Assembly (NCBI GenBank): GCA_034520945.1
Contig: JAXHNB010000006.1
Coordinates: forward strand, 64,001 to 128,000
Direction: 5' to 3'
DNA length: 64,000 nucleotides
Source of the DNA: Trueperaceae bacterium
Lineage (GTDB): Bacteria; Deinococcota; Deinococci; Deinococcales; Trueperaceae
This document shows, in pieces, positions 21,821 to 32,102 of this stretch. The stretch's first letter is position 1. Every line of letters starts with the position of its first letter. A program made the translations under genes and the position numbers. The notes under the pieces are model-generated. The model searched no databases. It was not told the DNA's origin and saw only the letters and a list, made by a program, of their open reading frames with translations.

Positions 21821-22744
21821 TCAGTCCAAGCGCTCGACCGTCACCTGCGCGCGCACCCGCTCGACGTCGTCACGGCGGCAGAGGTCGGTGCCCGGCGTGA
21901 GGGCGGTCGCCGTGCCGCACGCGACGCCCAGCCGCAAGGCCTCCGCCGGGTCGGCGCCGTCCGCGCGGGCCACCAGCACGCCCGCCAGCAACGCATCGCC
22001 GGCGCCCAGCGCGGAGTCCACCTCGACCCGCGGCGGGACCGCCAGCCAGGCCCCCTCGGCGCCGATCCATACCGCCCCCTGCGCGCCCAGGCTGCACACC
22101 ACGATCTCCGCGCCGAGGGCGCGTGCCGCCTCGCCCGCCCGGCGGGCGGAGGCCGCATCGTCGACGCTTTGGCCCACCAGCCTGCCCAGTTCGAACGCGT
22201 TCGGCTTGATCACCGTCGCCCCGGCCGCCAGTGAGGCGCGCAGGTGCCGGTCGGTGTCCACCGCGACGGTGACGCCGTCCTCCGCCGCTCGTCCCGACAG
22301 GCGGGCGTAGTAGTCACTGGGCATGCCCGGCAGCAGGCTGCCGCTCAGCACCAGCGCGTCGGGCACGCGTAGTTCGAACACGGCCTCGGTCAACGCCTCG
22401 ATCTCGGGCCCCTGCACCTCGGGGCCCGGACCGGACACGCGGACCTGGCGGCCGGCGTCGTCCTGCAGGATGGCGTTGGTGCGCGTACGCCCGTCGTGCC
22501 AGGAGAACCAGGTGCGGACCTCCTCGGCGCGGAGCAGGTCCAGCAGCTCCTCGCCGGCCCGCCCGCCCGCGAAGCCCATCGCGATCGTGGCGTGCCCCAG
22601 CCGCGTCGCCACACGCGACACGTTCACGCCCTTGCCGCCCGCGGCCCGATGCACGGTGGACGCCCGCACGGTGTCGTCGTACCGGAGGGCCGGCACCCGG
22701 TAGGTGAGGTCGAGGGCGGGGTTGACGGTCAGGGTGTGGATCAT
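21821..22744 (-). CDS. 1-phosphofructokinase-family hexose kinase (PfkB)
   Basis: TLTVNPALD, GGKGVNVSR, IKPNAFEL and DSALGAGDA. Confidence 0.92.
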   Translation of the reverse strand: MIHTLTVNPALDLTYRVPALRYDDTVRASTVHRAAGGKGVNVSRVATRLGHATIAMGFAGGRAGEELLDLLRAEEVRTWFSWHDGRTRTNAILQDDAGRQVRVSGPGPEVQGPEIEALTEAVFELRVPDALVLSGSLLPGMPSDYYARLSGRAAEDGVTVAVDTDRHLRASLAAGATVIKPNAFELGRLVGQSVDDAASARRAGEAARALGAEIVVCSLGAQGAVWIGAEGAWLAVPPRVEVDSALGAGDALLAGVLVARADGADPAEALRLGVACGTATALTPGTDLCRRDDVERVRAQVTVERLD

Positions 22745-22785
22745 GTGCCCAGCATAGGGTCGGTCGCCGACCGAGACGGCGCGGC

Positions 22786-23265
22786 CTACGCCCCAGCGTC
22801 CGCGCCCGGTGGGACCGGCAGGGTGAACAGGGCCAGCTCGTCGTGTTCCTCGAAGCCTTGCTTGGGATAAAAGTCACGCTCGTAGGCGTCGCCCTCGCGG
22901 CCGCTGTACAGCACCACCCGCACGCACCCCCGCCGGGAGGCCTCCTGCCGGATGCGCGCCAGCAGAGCGCTGCCGGCGCCGTTGCCGCGCGCCCGGCTGT
23001 GCACGAACAGGTCGGAGACCAGCGCGTCCCGGCCGTGCCGGAGGTTGTGAGTCCAGTTCACCGCCGCGAATCCCACCACGCCTTCACGGCTCCGTTCGGC
23101 CACGAACACGTCGTGCGGCTCCTCCTCGGTCGCTTCGATCTGCGCGCGCAGTCGTTGCCGCGTCAGGGCGTCGGGCTCGGCGACCACCTGCAACACGCCG
23201 GCGTCGTCCAGGATCTCGGCGACGTCGGAGGCGTCGAACGGGTCTGCGGGGCGGACGTGGATCAC
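22786..23265 (-). CDS. GNAT family N-acetyltransferase
   Basis: LFVHSRARGNGAGSALL acetyl-CoA motif and FYPKQGF; GGAGG RBS before GTG. Confidence 0.85.
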   Translation of the reverse strand: MIHVRPADPFDASDVAEILDDAGVLQVVAEPDALTRQRLRAQIEATEEEPHDVFVAERSREGVVGFAAVNWTHNLRHGRDALVSDLFVHSRARGNGAGSALLARIRQEASRRGCVRVVLYSGREGDAYERDFYPKQGFEEHDELALFTLPVPPGADAGA

Positions 23266-23399
23266 GGGGAACCTCCCGGGGGTGGAACGCGGGGGCGGAA
23301 CGTAGGTGGACGGGGGCCGCCACGTGAACCTAGGACGCGTGGCGGCACGTCGGCGTCGCACGGGCGACGGCCAGAAGCGGGGCGGTAGACTGCCCGGCG

Positions 23400-23891
23400 A
23401 TGCGCGTCGTGGCCTTCTACCTGCTGCTTCTGAGTGGCCAGGGTCTGCTCTCGGCCCTGTTCGGCACCCTGCCGGCGCCGGATCTGTTCCTGATCATGGC
23501 GTTGACGTTGCTGGGGCGCATCGCCCCCTGGCAGCTGGTGGTGGCGGCGTACGGGATCGGCCTGGTGCAGGACGTGATCGGGTTCGGCGCCCTCGGCCTG
23601 CACGCGATCGCGCTGGCAGGCGCCGCACTGGTGGCGTCGGCGGTCCGGGCGCAGCTCACCGGCACGGGCGTGCTGGAGCGGCTGCTGATGGTGCTTTCGG
23701 CGCAGGCCGGCAAGTGGGTGGTCGCGGCCCTGCTGCTCACCTGGTTGTCCGGCACGATGCAGGATCCCGCCCAGCTCCTGGCGGTCGCGGTCACCGAGAC
23801 GGTGCTGACCACAGCGTTCGCCCTTGTGCTGCTGCCCTGGGCCGATGCGATCATGAACAAGAGCAAGATGTTGCAGAAGGAGCTGCTGTGA
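23400..23891 (+). CDS. mreD: Rod shape-determining protein MreD
   Basis: 163-aa all-hydrophobic protein with PDL and GLVQD..G..LG motifs, directly upstream of a class B PBP. Confidence 0.85.
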   Translation: MRVVAFYLLLLSGQGLLSALFGTLPAPDLFLIMALTLLGRIAPWQLVVAAYGIGLVQDVIGFGALGLHAIALAGAALVASAVRAQLTGTGVLERLLMVLSAQAGKWVVAALLLTWLSGTMQDPAQLLAVAVTETVLTTAFALVLLPWADAIMNKSKMLQKELL

Positions 23892-25675
23892 TCTCGAGGA
23901 TGCGCGTGCTGCTGGCGGTGATGCTCACCGTCCTGGTGGTGTTCACCGGGCGGCTGATGTACCTTCAGTTGGCCCGCGCCGAGCAGTACAGCGACCTCTC
24001 CCGCCAGAACTTCACCCACCCGCAGCGCATCGCGCCGCTGCGGGGGCGGCTTTTGTCGCGTGACGGCACTGTGCTGGCCGACAACCGCGTGGCGTACGAC
24101 CTGATGTACTGGGGGGGCGAGGTTCGTGGATGGTCGCGCCTGGCGCACCTGCTGGATCTGGAGGGCCCCCCGCGCCCGCCCGACGCCGAGGTGCCGAGCG
24201 AGGTACGCAACGGCGCGGTGGTGGCATGGAACATCGACGACGAGCTCGTCCCCGCGGTGGAGGAACGCGTCGCGGGGCAGCCGAATCTGTATTTGCGCGA
24301 ACGCATCGAGCGGATCTACCCCACCAACCTAGCGGCGCAAACGGTCGGCTACACCGGGCTGGCGGACCCGGAACGGCACCCGGGCTACGGCCTGGACGAC
24401 ATGATCGGGGTGTCGGGCCTCGAGGCCGGCTTGGAGGAGATCCTGTACGGCGCGCCGGGTCGGGCGCTGGTGGAGGTCGATCACCGCGGCGTCCCGCTGG
24501 TGCGGCGCGAGCTCGAACCGGCCACGCCGGGCACCGACGTCGTCCTCACCCTGGACACGGATGCGCAGCGGGCGGCGGAGGACGCGCTCGAAGGGGCAGC
24601 CCAGTACGTCAACGAGGTGCGCGCCGAGAACGGGCTTCCGCGCGTTACGCGCACCAAGGGGGCGCTGCTGGCGATGGACGTCCATACCGGTGACGTGGTG
24701 GCGATGGCGTCGCTGCCGACGTTCGATCAGAACCTGTTCACCCACCGTCCCAACGATCCCGAGACGCTGGCCGACGTGCTCTCCGACGACGACGGCAAGC
24801 CGCTCGCGAACCGCGCGATCCAGGCGTTCCCTCCCGCCTCGACGTACAAGCTTGTGACGTCGTACACGCTGCTGGAGCGCGGGTTCGTGGGGCCGGGCAC
24901 CCGCTACGGCTGCTCGGCGCGGCTGTCGTTCGGCGGCATCATCTGGCGGAATTGGGCGACGTACTACCGTGGCGACTACACCGTCACCGAAGCGATCGCG
25001 GACAGCTGCAACACCTACTACTGGCGCGCTGCGATCGACACCCCCGACTTCCGCGAGGGGTGGGCGGCGTTCGCGCAAGCCCTGCAGGAGGATGCGCAGC
25101 GGTTCGGCTACGGGCGGACCATCGGCGTGGGCCTGCCGGCCGAACACTCGGGTCGCGTCCCCGACGAGGACTGGACGCGTCAGGCGAAGGACACCCCCTG
25201 GTACCCCGGCTACACCCTGAACACCGTGATCGGTCAGGGCGACGTGCTGGCCACGCCGCTGCAGACGCTGCAGTTCGTGGGTGCCCTGGCCAATCGGGGG
25301 GATCTGGTGCAGCCCCGCCTGGTTCGCGCCGTGGGCGGCGAGCCCCGACCCGTCCGCACGCGCCAGATCCCCGGCGACTCCTGGGACGTGCTGGCCGAAG
25401 GGATGCGGCGCATGGTGACCGACTACGGCGCCAGCCGGCGGATCGGGCCGCAGGCGGACTTCCCCCTCGCCGTGGCCGGCAAGACCGGCACGGCCGAGGC
25501 GGGCGGGCCGGAGGGCATGGAGCACGCCTGGTTCATGGCCTACGCCCCGGCCGGCGATCCCGACATCGCGGTGGTAGCATTTCTCGAGAACGCCGGCTCC
25601 AGCAGCGCAACGGCGGTGCCGGTCGTGCGCGACTTCCTGGCCGACCACTACGACCTGGACTGGGACGGTGACTGA
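23888..25675 (+). CDS. mrdA: Penicillin-binding protein 2 (class B transpeptidase)
   Basis: APLRG..LSRDG, SxxK (PASTYK), SxN (SCN) and KTG (AGKTGTAE). Confidence 0.9.
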   Translation: MISRMRVLLAVMLTVLVVFTGRLMYLQLARAEQYSDLSRQNFTHPQRIAPLRGRLLSRDGTVLADNRVAYDLMYWGGEVRGWSRLAHLLDLEGPPRPPDAEVPSEVRNGAVVAWNIDDELVPAVEERVAGQPNLYLRERIERIYPTNLAAQTVGYTGLADPERHPGYGLDDMIGVSGLEAGLEEILYGAPGRALVEVDHRGVPLVRRELEPATPGTDVVLTLDTDAQRAAEDALEGAAQYVNEVRAENGLPRVTRTKGALLAMDVHTGDVVAMASLPTFDQNLFTHRPNDPETLADVLSDDDGKPLANRAIQAFPPASTYKLVTSYTLLERGFVGPGTRYGCSARLSFGGIIWRNWATYYRGDYTVTEAIADSCNTYYWRAAIDTPDFREGWAAFAQALQEDAQRFGYGRTIGVGLPAEHSGRVPDEDWTRQAKDTPWYPGYTLNTVIGQGDVLATPLQTLQFVGALANRGDLVQPRLVRAVGGEPRPVRTRQIPGDSWDVLAEGMRRMVTDYGASRRIGPQADFPLAVAGKTGTAEAGGPEGMEHAWFMAYAPAGDPDIAVVAFLENAGSSSATAVPVVRDFLADHYDLDWDGD

Positions 25676-25678
25676 CTC

Positions 25679-26239
25679 GTGAAAGCACGTGGCATTCGTG
25701 GGGGGATCCTGCTCACGTTGGCCCCCGACGATACGTTGGACACGGTGCAGGCCGCCCTGGCCGAACACCGCTCGATCCTGACCGGCACCGTCTCGGTCGA
25801 GGTGGCGGCCCGCGTGGAGCTGGAGCTCTTGGACGCGATCCGCGAGGCGACGGAGGCAGCAGGGGGCCGCCTGGCCGACGTGCGCCCGCCCCAGGCGCGT
25901 GAGCAGCCCCGCGGCGAGACCGTGATCCTCTCCCGCACCGTCCGCTCCGGCGCCCGGGTCGAGTCGGCCGGCTCGGTGGTGATCCTCGGCGACGTGAACG
26001 CCGGCGCGGAGATCCTCGCCAACGACGACATCATCGTGATCGGCACCCTGCGAGGCCTGGCGCACGCCGGCGCGGGCGGCAACGACAAGGCCCTGATCTG
26101 GGCCCAGCGCATCCGCAGCCCGCAGCTCCGCATCGGCCCCGCCCTGGCGCAGGCGGGCGGCGACGACGGCCGGACCCACGGGCCCGAGGTGGCGCACCTC
26201 GAGGAGGGCCAGATCGTGTTGCGCCCCTGGGGGCCCTGA
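25679..26239 (+). CDS. minC: Septum site-determining protein MinC
   Basis: TVRSG...VVILGDVNAGAEI...IVIGTLRGLAHAG C-terminal beta-helix. Confidence 0.92.
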   Translation: MKARGIRGGILLTLAPDDTLDTVQAALAEHRSILTGTVSVEVAARVELELLDAIREATEAAGGRLADVRPPQAREQPRGETVILSRTVRSGARVESAGSVVILGDVNAGAEILANDDIIVIGTLRGLAHAGAGGNDKALIWAQRIRSPQLRIGPALAQAGGDDGRTHGPEVAHLEEGQIVLRPWGP

Positions 26240-26241
26240 CC

Positions 26242-26553
26242 TCAGGGCCGCGGCGGTGGCCCCTCCCGCCACGCGCCGTCCGGACCGCCCTGCCAGTGCA
26301 CCTCGCCCTCCGGCGCGCGCAGCAGGCGCTCGGCGATCTCCTCCAATCGCACCCGGTAGGCGAAGCGGGTGCGCAGCATCCAAAGCTCCAACGCGCGACA
26401 CAGCGTCGGCACGTCGTGGGCGTGGTCCAGGGCCCGGGTACGCCGCGCGTACGCCAGCGCCCGATTCACGGCCAGGTCGAACAACGCCTCGCGGCCGTCG
26501 TTGCCGCCGGCCGTCACCGCCACCCCTTGCCGGCGCTCGTGCCGTCGAGGCAT
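26242..26553 (-). CDS. Hypothetical protein (start may instead be the GTG at 26517)
   Basis: Protein-like composition (LFDLAVNRA...LELWMLRTRFAYRV); last gene of the tyrA operon. Confidence 0.6.
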   Translation of the reverse strand: MPRRHERRQGVAVTAGGNDGREALFDLAVNRALAYARRTRALDHAHDVPTLCRALELWMLRTRFAYRVRLEEIAERLLRAPEGEVHWQGGPDGAWREGPPPRP

Positions 26554-26564
26554 CCGGCCATGCG

Positions 26565-27656
26565 CTACGCCCCGTGGCCGCGCGCCTCGTAGCCCGCGGT
26601 CCGTAGGGCCTGCTCGGCCCGGGCGGCGGTCTCCTCGTCCTCGAACGCCAGCCGCACCGCGCCTCCGGCCTCACGGATCGACAACACCTCGATCTCCTTG
26701 ATGTTCACGTCCGCCTCCCCGCACGCCGCGGTGATGCGTGCCAGCTGGCCCGGCACGTCCGGCACGGCCAGCACCACCTCGGGGCGCCGTGGCAGGAGGC
26801 TGCGCCGCACGACGGGAATGGCGTCGCGGGCCCGTTTGGCCTCCTGCGCCGCCGCCAACAGGGCGTCGGGATCGTCCAGCATCCCCTCCAGGCGGTCCAG
26901 CGACGCCCGGAAACGCCGCAGGGCGTCCCGCACGGCGGCGGCGTTGCTGGACACCATGTCGCGGCTCATCACCGGCGAGCCCGACGCGACCCGCGTCAGG
27001 TCGCGGAACCCGCCGGCCGCCAGCAGCATCATCAGGTCCCGCTCGCCGTCCTGGTGCGCCACCTGCGTCAGCGCCAACGAGGACAGGTACGGAAGGTGCG
27101 ACACCGTGGCCACCAAGCGGTCGTGCTGCTCGGGCGGCACCTCCAGGCTCCGCGCCCCGAGATGCGTCACGAACGTTCGCACGCGTTCCAGCGCGCCCGG
27201 GTCGGTGGACGGGGTCGGGGTCAGCACCCATACCGCGTTCTCGATCAGGTGCGCGTCGGCGTTGCGCACCCCGGCCCGGTCGGAGCCCGCCATGGGGTGC
27301 CCGCCGACGAAGCGGAGGTCGGACAGGGCGTCGACGATGGGGCGCTTGACCGAGCCGACGTCGGTCACGATCGCGTTCGGGGCGAGGTAGGGGGCCAGCT
27401 CGCGCGCCAGGGGCACCAGCAGCCGCGCCGGCGTGGCCAACACCACCAGGTCGGCGTCGGCCAGCCACGGGCCCGGATCGACGCGCGCTTCGTCCACCAC
27501 GCCGTGAAACCGGGCCACCTCCAGAACCTCCGGGTCTCGGTCCAGACCGATCACGCGGTCGGCCAGGAACCGCTGGCGCGCCCCCAGCGCCACCGATCCG
27601 CCGATCAGCCCGACGCCGGCCACCACCACCGTCCCGAACAGTGGGGCGGGCCGCAC
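26565..27656 (-). CDS. tyrA: Prephenate dehydrogenase with C-terminal ACT domain
   Basis: GVGLIGGS, TDVGSVK, GGHPMAGS, HD..VA.VSHLP and GGFRDLTRVA; ACT motif VPDVPGQL. Confidence 0.93.
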   Translation of the reverse strand: MRPAPLFGTVVVAGVGLIGGSVALGARQRFLADRVIGLDRDPEVLEVARFHGVVDEARVDPGPWLADADLVVLATPARLLVPLARELAPYLAPNAIVTDVGSVKRPIVDALSDLRFVGGHPMAGSDRAGVRNADAHLIENAVWVLTPTPSTDPGALERVRTFVTHLGARSLEVPPEQHDRLVATVSHLPYLSSLALTQVAHQDGERDLMMLLAAGGFRDLTRVASGSPVMSRDMVSSNAAAVRDALRRFRASLDRLEGMLDDPDALLAAAQEAKRARDAIPVVRRSLLPRRPEVVLAVPDVPGQLARITAACGEADVNIKEIEVLSIREAGGAVRLAFEDEETAARAEQALRTAGYEARGHGA

Positions 27657-27657
27657 C

Positions 27658-28383
27658 TCAGGTCCCCAACGCCGCGGCGAAGGCCCGGAACGGCGCCGCC
27701 TGCGCGGGGTGACGGGCGAACGACATCTCGGGGTGCCACTGGACGCCGATCAGCGCTGCGCCGGCCGCCGCGCCGGCCGCCTCGACCAGCCCGTCGTCGG
27801 CGTGCGCCCACGGCAGCAACGACGGGGCCAGCCGGTCGATGCCCTGGTGGTGGTAGCTGTTCACACGGACCTCACGGGCGTCGAACGCCTCCGCCAGGGG
27901 GCCCTGCGTCAACCGCACGCGGTGCGCGGGGTCGCCGTCCGGCGCGGCTTGGGCATGCTGGTGCAGCCCGGCCACGCTCGGCAGGTGCTGATGCAGGGTG
28001 CCGCCTTCGGCCACGTTGACGACCTGAAGGCCGCGGCAGATGGCGAGGATGGGCAGCCCCGCCGCGCGGGCCTCGCGGTACAGGGCCAGCTCCAGTGCGT
28101 CCCGTTCCGGGTCGACCTCCTCCAGCTCGGGGTGCGGGGCCTGGCCGAAGTGCGCGGGGTCGAGGTCGCCCCCGCCGCTGAGCACCAGGCCGTCCTGGCG
28201 CGCCAACGCCTCGGCGGCCAGTTCGGCCGTCAGGCACGGCGCCAGCGTCGGCAGCAGGCCGACCCGCACCAGCGCGTCGGCGTAGTTCCGTCCCGTGCAG
28301 GCCTCCCGGCGCCGCAGGGGCGACGCGCGCCAGGTCTGGCCGGTGGTGATCAGCACGCGCGGGCGCGGGGCCGTCCCGCTCAT
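27658..28383 (-). CDS. Peptidase C26 / gamma-glutamyl-GABA hydrolase family glutamine amidotransferase
   Basis: [21 protein letters not shown] and GVQWHPE. Confidence 0.9.
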   Translation of the reverse strand: MSGTAPRPRVLITTGQTWRASPLRRREACTGRNYADALVRVGLLPTLAPCLTAELAAEALARQDGLVLSGGGDLDPAHFGQAPHPELEEVDPERDALELALYREARAAGLPILAICRGLQVVNVAEGGTLHQHLPSVAGLHQHAQAAPDGDPAHRVRLTQGPLAEAFDAREVRVNSYHHQGIDRLAPSLLPWAHADDGLVEAAGAAAGAALIGVQWHPEMSFARHPAQAAPFRAFAAALGT

Positions 28384-28847
28384 GTGCTGGGCCTCAACAG
28401 GTGCTCCAGGCACGGGCGGTAGTCGAGCCCCTGAACGAAGTCGCGACCCAGATCGGCCACGCTCACCTCGGACAGCGCGTCCAGCACCGCGTCCCGGACG
28501 CGTTGCCACACGGCGGTCCGGGCGTGGCAGCGGTCCTCCACCTCGCAGGACGCGTACCAGTTCAGGCTGACGCAACTGAGCGGCGCGACCGGGCCGTCGA
28601 TGGCGCGCATCACCTCGCGGAGGTCGATCGTCGTGGCGGGGCGGGCCAGCGCGTACCCGCCGCCGCTGCCCTTCTTGGAGAGGATGATCTCGTTGCCCAC
28701 CAGTTTGGCCAGCACCCGGGCCAGGTAGGGGCGCGCGATGCCCGTCGCTTCGCTGATCGCGTCGCTGCCCACCCATGCGCCCTGCGGGCGGCTGGCGAGG
28801 TACCCGAGCGCCTGCATGGCGTACACGTCGGTGGCCGAAAGTCTCAT
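28380..28847 (-). CDS. Rrf2 family transcriptional regulator
   Basis: [14 protein letters not shown] winged-helix motif; three C-terminal Cys (SCV...SCEVEDRC). Confidence 0.92.
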   Translation of the reverse strand: MRLSATDVYAMQALGYLASRPQGAWVGSDAISEATGIARPYLARVLAKLVGNEIILSKKGSGGGYALARPATTIDLREVMRAIDGPVAPLSCVSLNWYASCEVEDRCHARTAVWQRVRDAVLDALSEVSVADLGRDFVQGLDYRPCLEHLLRPST

Positions 28848-28993
28848 GCCGGCCAGTCTAGCCCTGCGGCCGGGCGGGGCGCCGCCACGTGCGAACGGCC
28901 TCGGGCGCGGGCGGGGTCGCCGCGCGGGCCCGTGTCATACTGCACGCGGCCGCGACGGAGACACCCGCGCGCGGCGGGAAGGGGACGACACGC

Positions 28994-30211
28994 ATGCCGG
29001 GAATCGCCGTGATCGGGGCCCAATGGGGCGACGAGGGCAAGGGCAAGGTCGTGGACGCGCTGGCGCACGACGCCGACGTGGTGGTGCGCTTTTCGGGCGG
29101 GGCCAACGCGGGGCACACGGTCGTCGCGGGCGGGCAGACCTACAAGCTGCACCACCTGCCCTGCGGGGTTTTGCACGACCGGCCCGCCTCGGTGCTGGGG
29201 GCCGGCATGGTGATCGATCCGGCCGACTTCCTGGCCGAGTACGACGCGTTGGCCGCGCGCCGCGATCCGGGGGCGGTGTGGATCTCGCCCGAGGCGCACC
29301 TGGTGCTGCCGCACCACCGCAAGAACGACGAGGGGGGCGGCTTCGTCGGCACGACCGGCCGCGGGATCGGGCCGACCTACAGCGACAAGTCCCGCCGGCT
29401 GGGCATTCGCGCCGGCGATCTGCTGGACGAGTCACGGCTTCGAGACGGCCTTACGCGCCTGATCCAGGGCAAGCCGAACTCGACCGCGCGCGTGGGATGG
29501 AACGGCGTGGACGAGGCCATGGACGCCCTGGCCGAGGCGCGGGCGCGGCTGGCCCCGTTCGTGGTCGACGCCGGCGCGCGCGTGCGCAAGACGCTGGCCG
29601 AGGGGGGGCGGGTGATGTTCGAAGGGGGGCAGGGCACCATGTTGGACCTGACGTACGGCACCTACCCCTACGTCACCAGCAGCCACCCGACCGTCGGGGG
29701 GATCCTCATCGGTGCGGGCGTGTCGCACAAGGCGTTGTCGCACGTCGTGGGGGTGGTGAAGGCGTTCACCACCCGCGTGGGGCACGGGCCCTTGCCGACC
29801 GAGATCCACGACGAGGCGGCCGCGGCGCGACTGCGCGGCACGGGCGTCAACCAGTGGGACGAGTTCGGCACCACCACCGGCCGGCCGCGCCGCGTGGGGT
29901 GGCTGGACCTGGCGCAGCTCCGCTACGCCTGCGAACTGAACGGCTTCGACACGCTGGTGGTCACCAAACTGGACGTGCTGTCCGGGCTCGACGTGGTCCG
30001 GGTGTGCACGGCGTACGGCGAAGACGGCGCGCCGGTGTGGCGCGACATGCCCGGCTGGGGCGACCTGCGTGGACTGGGTGACCTGGCGGCGTTGCCGCGC
30101 GAGGTGACCGACTACCTCTCCCTGATCGAGGAGGTGGTGGGGGTCCCGGTCACCATGTTCTCGACCAGCCCGGACCGCATCGACACCTACGGCGAAGTCG
30201 CCTGGTCCTGA
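28994..30211 (+). CDS. purA: Adenylosuccinate synthetase
   Basis: GAQWGDEGKGK, GGANAGHT, GTYPYVTSS, EFGTTTGRPRRVGWLD and TKLDVL. Confidence 0.97.
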   Translation: MPGIAVIGAQWGDEGKGKVVDALAHDADVVVRFSGGANAGHTVVAGGQTYKLHHLPCGVLHDRPASVLGAGMVIDPADFLAEYDALAARRDPGAVWISPEAHLVLPHHRKNDEGGGFVGTTGRGIGPTYSDKSRRLGIRAGDLLDESRLRDGLTRLIQGKPNSTARVGWNGVDEAMDALAEARARLAPFVVDAGARVRKTLAEGGRVMFEGGQGTMLDLTYGTYPYVTSSHPTVGGILIGAGVSHKALSHVVGVVKAFTTRVGHGPLPTEIHDEAAAARLRGTGVNQWDEFGTTTGRPRRVGWLDLAQLRYACELNGFDTLVVTKLDVLSGLDVVRVCTAYGEDGAPVWRDMPGWGDLRGLGDLAALPREVTDYLSLIEEVVGVPVTMFSTSPDRIDTYGEVAWS

Positions 30212-30212
30212 G

Positions 30213-30242
30213 GCGCCGCCGCACGGGGTCGTGCGGCGGCGC
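30213..30242. terminator. Hairpin between convergent purA and the DUF2165 gene
   Basis: GCGCCGCCGCACG-gggt-CGTGCGGCGGCGC, 13-bp stem. Confidence 0.6.
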
Positions 30243-30248
30243 GGTGGG

Positions 30249-30755
30249 TCAGGTCGACGGCGCCTCCTCGCCGACCTTGGGGTCCGGCTGCGCCAGGTAG
30301 GTCAGCAGGATCGCGAAGGCCGCCAAGGTCCGGAAGGCCTCGGGCCCGCCGTTCCACGTCTCGGACTGCGTCATCAGGAACCATTCGCCGCCGACGGTGA
30401 GGTAGGCCAGCAACCACAGCAACAGGCCGAGGGTCATGCCGGTGACGGCCTTGTCCTTGGCGCGGTAGAAGTCCACCCGCGACGCGTGGCGCGAGGCCCA
30501 CATCGCCAGGGCGCCCCAGGCGCAGTACAGGAACGCCAGCGCCTTCCAGAAGATGGTGACCCAGTAGAACGCCTCCTGGATGCCTGGGTCGGCGATCGCG
30601 CGCCACACCTGCGCGTCGGCGGCGTACTCCATGCTCAGCACGCCCCGCACGAAGGCGGCGTTCGCTTCGTACATGACCACGTCGTTGTACACGAGAAGCA
30701 GGTAGAACAGGGCGGCGGCCATGACCAGTGCCGTCTTGGACACACGTACCGACAT
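30249..30755 (-). CDS. DUF2165-family membrane protein
   Basis: N..FVRGVLSM, WRAI, VGGEWFLM.QSETWNG..AFR motifs; GAGGAGG RBS. Confidence 0.8.
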   Translation of the reverse strand: MSVRVSKTALVMAAALFYLLLVYNDVVMYEANAAFVRGVLSMEYAADAQVWRAIADPGIQEAFYWVTIFWKALAFLYCAWGALAMWASRHASRVDFYRAKDKAVTGMTLGLLLWLLAYLTVGGEWFLMTQSETWNGGPEAFRTLAAFAILLTYLAQPDPKVGEEAPST

Positions 30756-30881
30756 ATGGACCTCCTCGTCGAATGCTTGCGGTGCCACGCTAGCAGGCCG
30801 CGTGTGGCGGCGGGGCGACATTCGCCCGCCGCGGCGTGATTCGGGGCCGTGGAACGTGGCGATGCCGTGCCCACGACGCAG

Positions 30882-30911
30882 TTGACACGGCGTGGCCCAC
30901 GAACGTATCGT
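30882..30911 (+). promoter_or_regulatory. Sigma70-type promoter of the glycerol ABC operon
   Basis: TTGACA-18 nt-TATCGT. Confidence 0.65.
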
Positions 30912-30992
30912 GCGGACAGTCACAAGTCGCGAATCACCCGCTTGCGCGGCATTTCTGCCGCTGCCAAGAGAAACGTGTCGGTGGATGATGGC

Positions 30993-32102
30993 ATGGAGCT
31001 AGAGCTCGAACGCGCCGTGAAACGCTTCGGCGATACGTCCGTCCTTCGCGAGTTGACATTGGACGTGCGCGACGCCGACATGGTGGCGGTGGTCGCGCCG
31101 ACGGGATCGGGCAAGACCACCCTTCTTCGTGTGCTGGCCGGCCTCGAGCGACTCGACGCCGGCCGTTTGTCGGTCGGCGGGCGCGACGTCACCGGCGTGC
31201 ACGTGCGCAAGCGCAACGTGTCGATGGTGTACCAGGAGTTCGTCAACTACCCCTCGCTCACGGTGTACGAAAACATCGCCTCGCCGTTGCGCGTCGCCAA
31301 GCCCAGACCGCCGCGATCCGAGCTCGACCGGCGCGTGCACGCCATCGCCGAGCAGCTCGGCATCGACGACCTCCTGCCCCGCCTGCCGCAAGAGCTCTCA
31401 GGTGGACAGCAGCAGCGCGTCGCGTTGGCGCGCGCCCTGGTCAAGGAGGTCGAGCTGGTGCTGCTGGACGAGCCGCTCGGCAACCTGGACTACAAGTTGC
31501 GCGAGGCGCTCCGCTTGGAGCTGAAGGAGCTGTCCAGGTCGCGCGACGCCCTGTTCGTGTACGCCACGCCCGAACCGGTCGACGCGCTGATGATGGCGTC
31601 GCACGTCGCGGTCCTGGCCGAAGGCCGCATTCTGCAATACGGCCCGACCGAGGCGGTGTATCGCCGGCCCCAGCACCTGCAGGTGGGCGAGCGCTTCAGC
31701 GAGCCCCCCATGAATCTGCTGCCGTGCCGAGTGGAGGACGGCGTCGCGGTGTTCAGCGACCAGCTCCGCCTTCCGCTCGGGTCGGACGTGCCCCCGGACG
31801 GGCGGTACGTGCTGGGGGTGTACCCCCACCAGCTGTTCGTCGGTGCGTCCGCCGAGAAGGCCCCGGCGGCCGCGGTCTCGATCGGTGCGCAACTGGAACT
31901 GGCGGACGTGGTCGGCTCCGACGTGACCATGCGACTCACGCACGCAGGCCAGACGCTGATCGCCGTCAGCGACCAGCTTCGCCGCTACGATCTGGGCGAG
32001 GAGCTCACGGTGGCGATCGATCCCGCCAGCGTCTACCTGTTCGACGCAGGCAGCGGCGACCTGGTTCGCACCTCCGACAGGAGCCGGCGCGATCATGGCT
32101 AG
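30993..32102 (+). CDS. ABC ATP-binding protein, GlpS-like (glycerol importer)
   Basis: APTGSGKTT, MVYQEFVNYPSLTVYENIASPL, LSGGQQQR, NLDYKLRE and YATPEP. Confidence 0.88.
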   Translation: MELELERAVKRFGDTSVLRELTLDVRDADMVAVVAPTGSGKTTLLRVLAGLERLDAGRLSVGGRDVTGVHVRKRNVSMVYQEFVNYPSLTVYENIASPLRVAKPRPPRSELDRRVHAIAEQLGIDDLLPRLPQELSGGQQQRVALARALVKEVELVLLDEPLGNLDYKLREALRLELKELSRSRDALFVYATPEPVDALMMASHVAVLAEGRILQYGPTEAVYRRPQHLQVGERFSEPPMNLLPCRVEDGVAVFSDQLRLPLGSDVPPDGRYVLGVYPHQLFVGASAEKAPAAAVSIGAQLELADVVGSDVTMRLTHAGQTLIAVSDQLRRYDLGEELTVAIDPASVYLFDAGSGDLVRTSDRSRRDHG

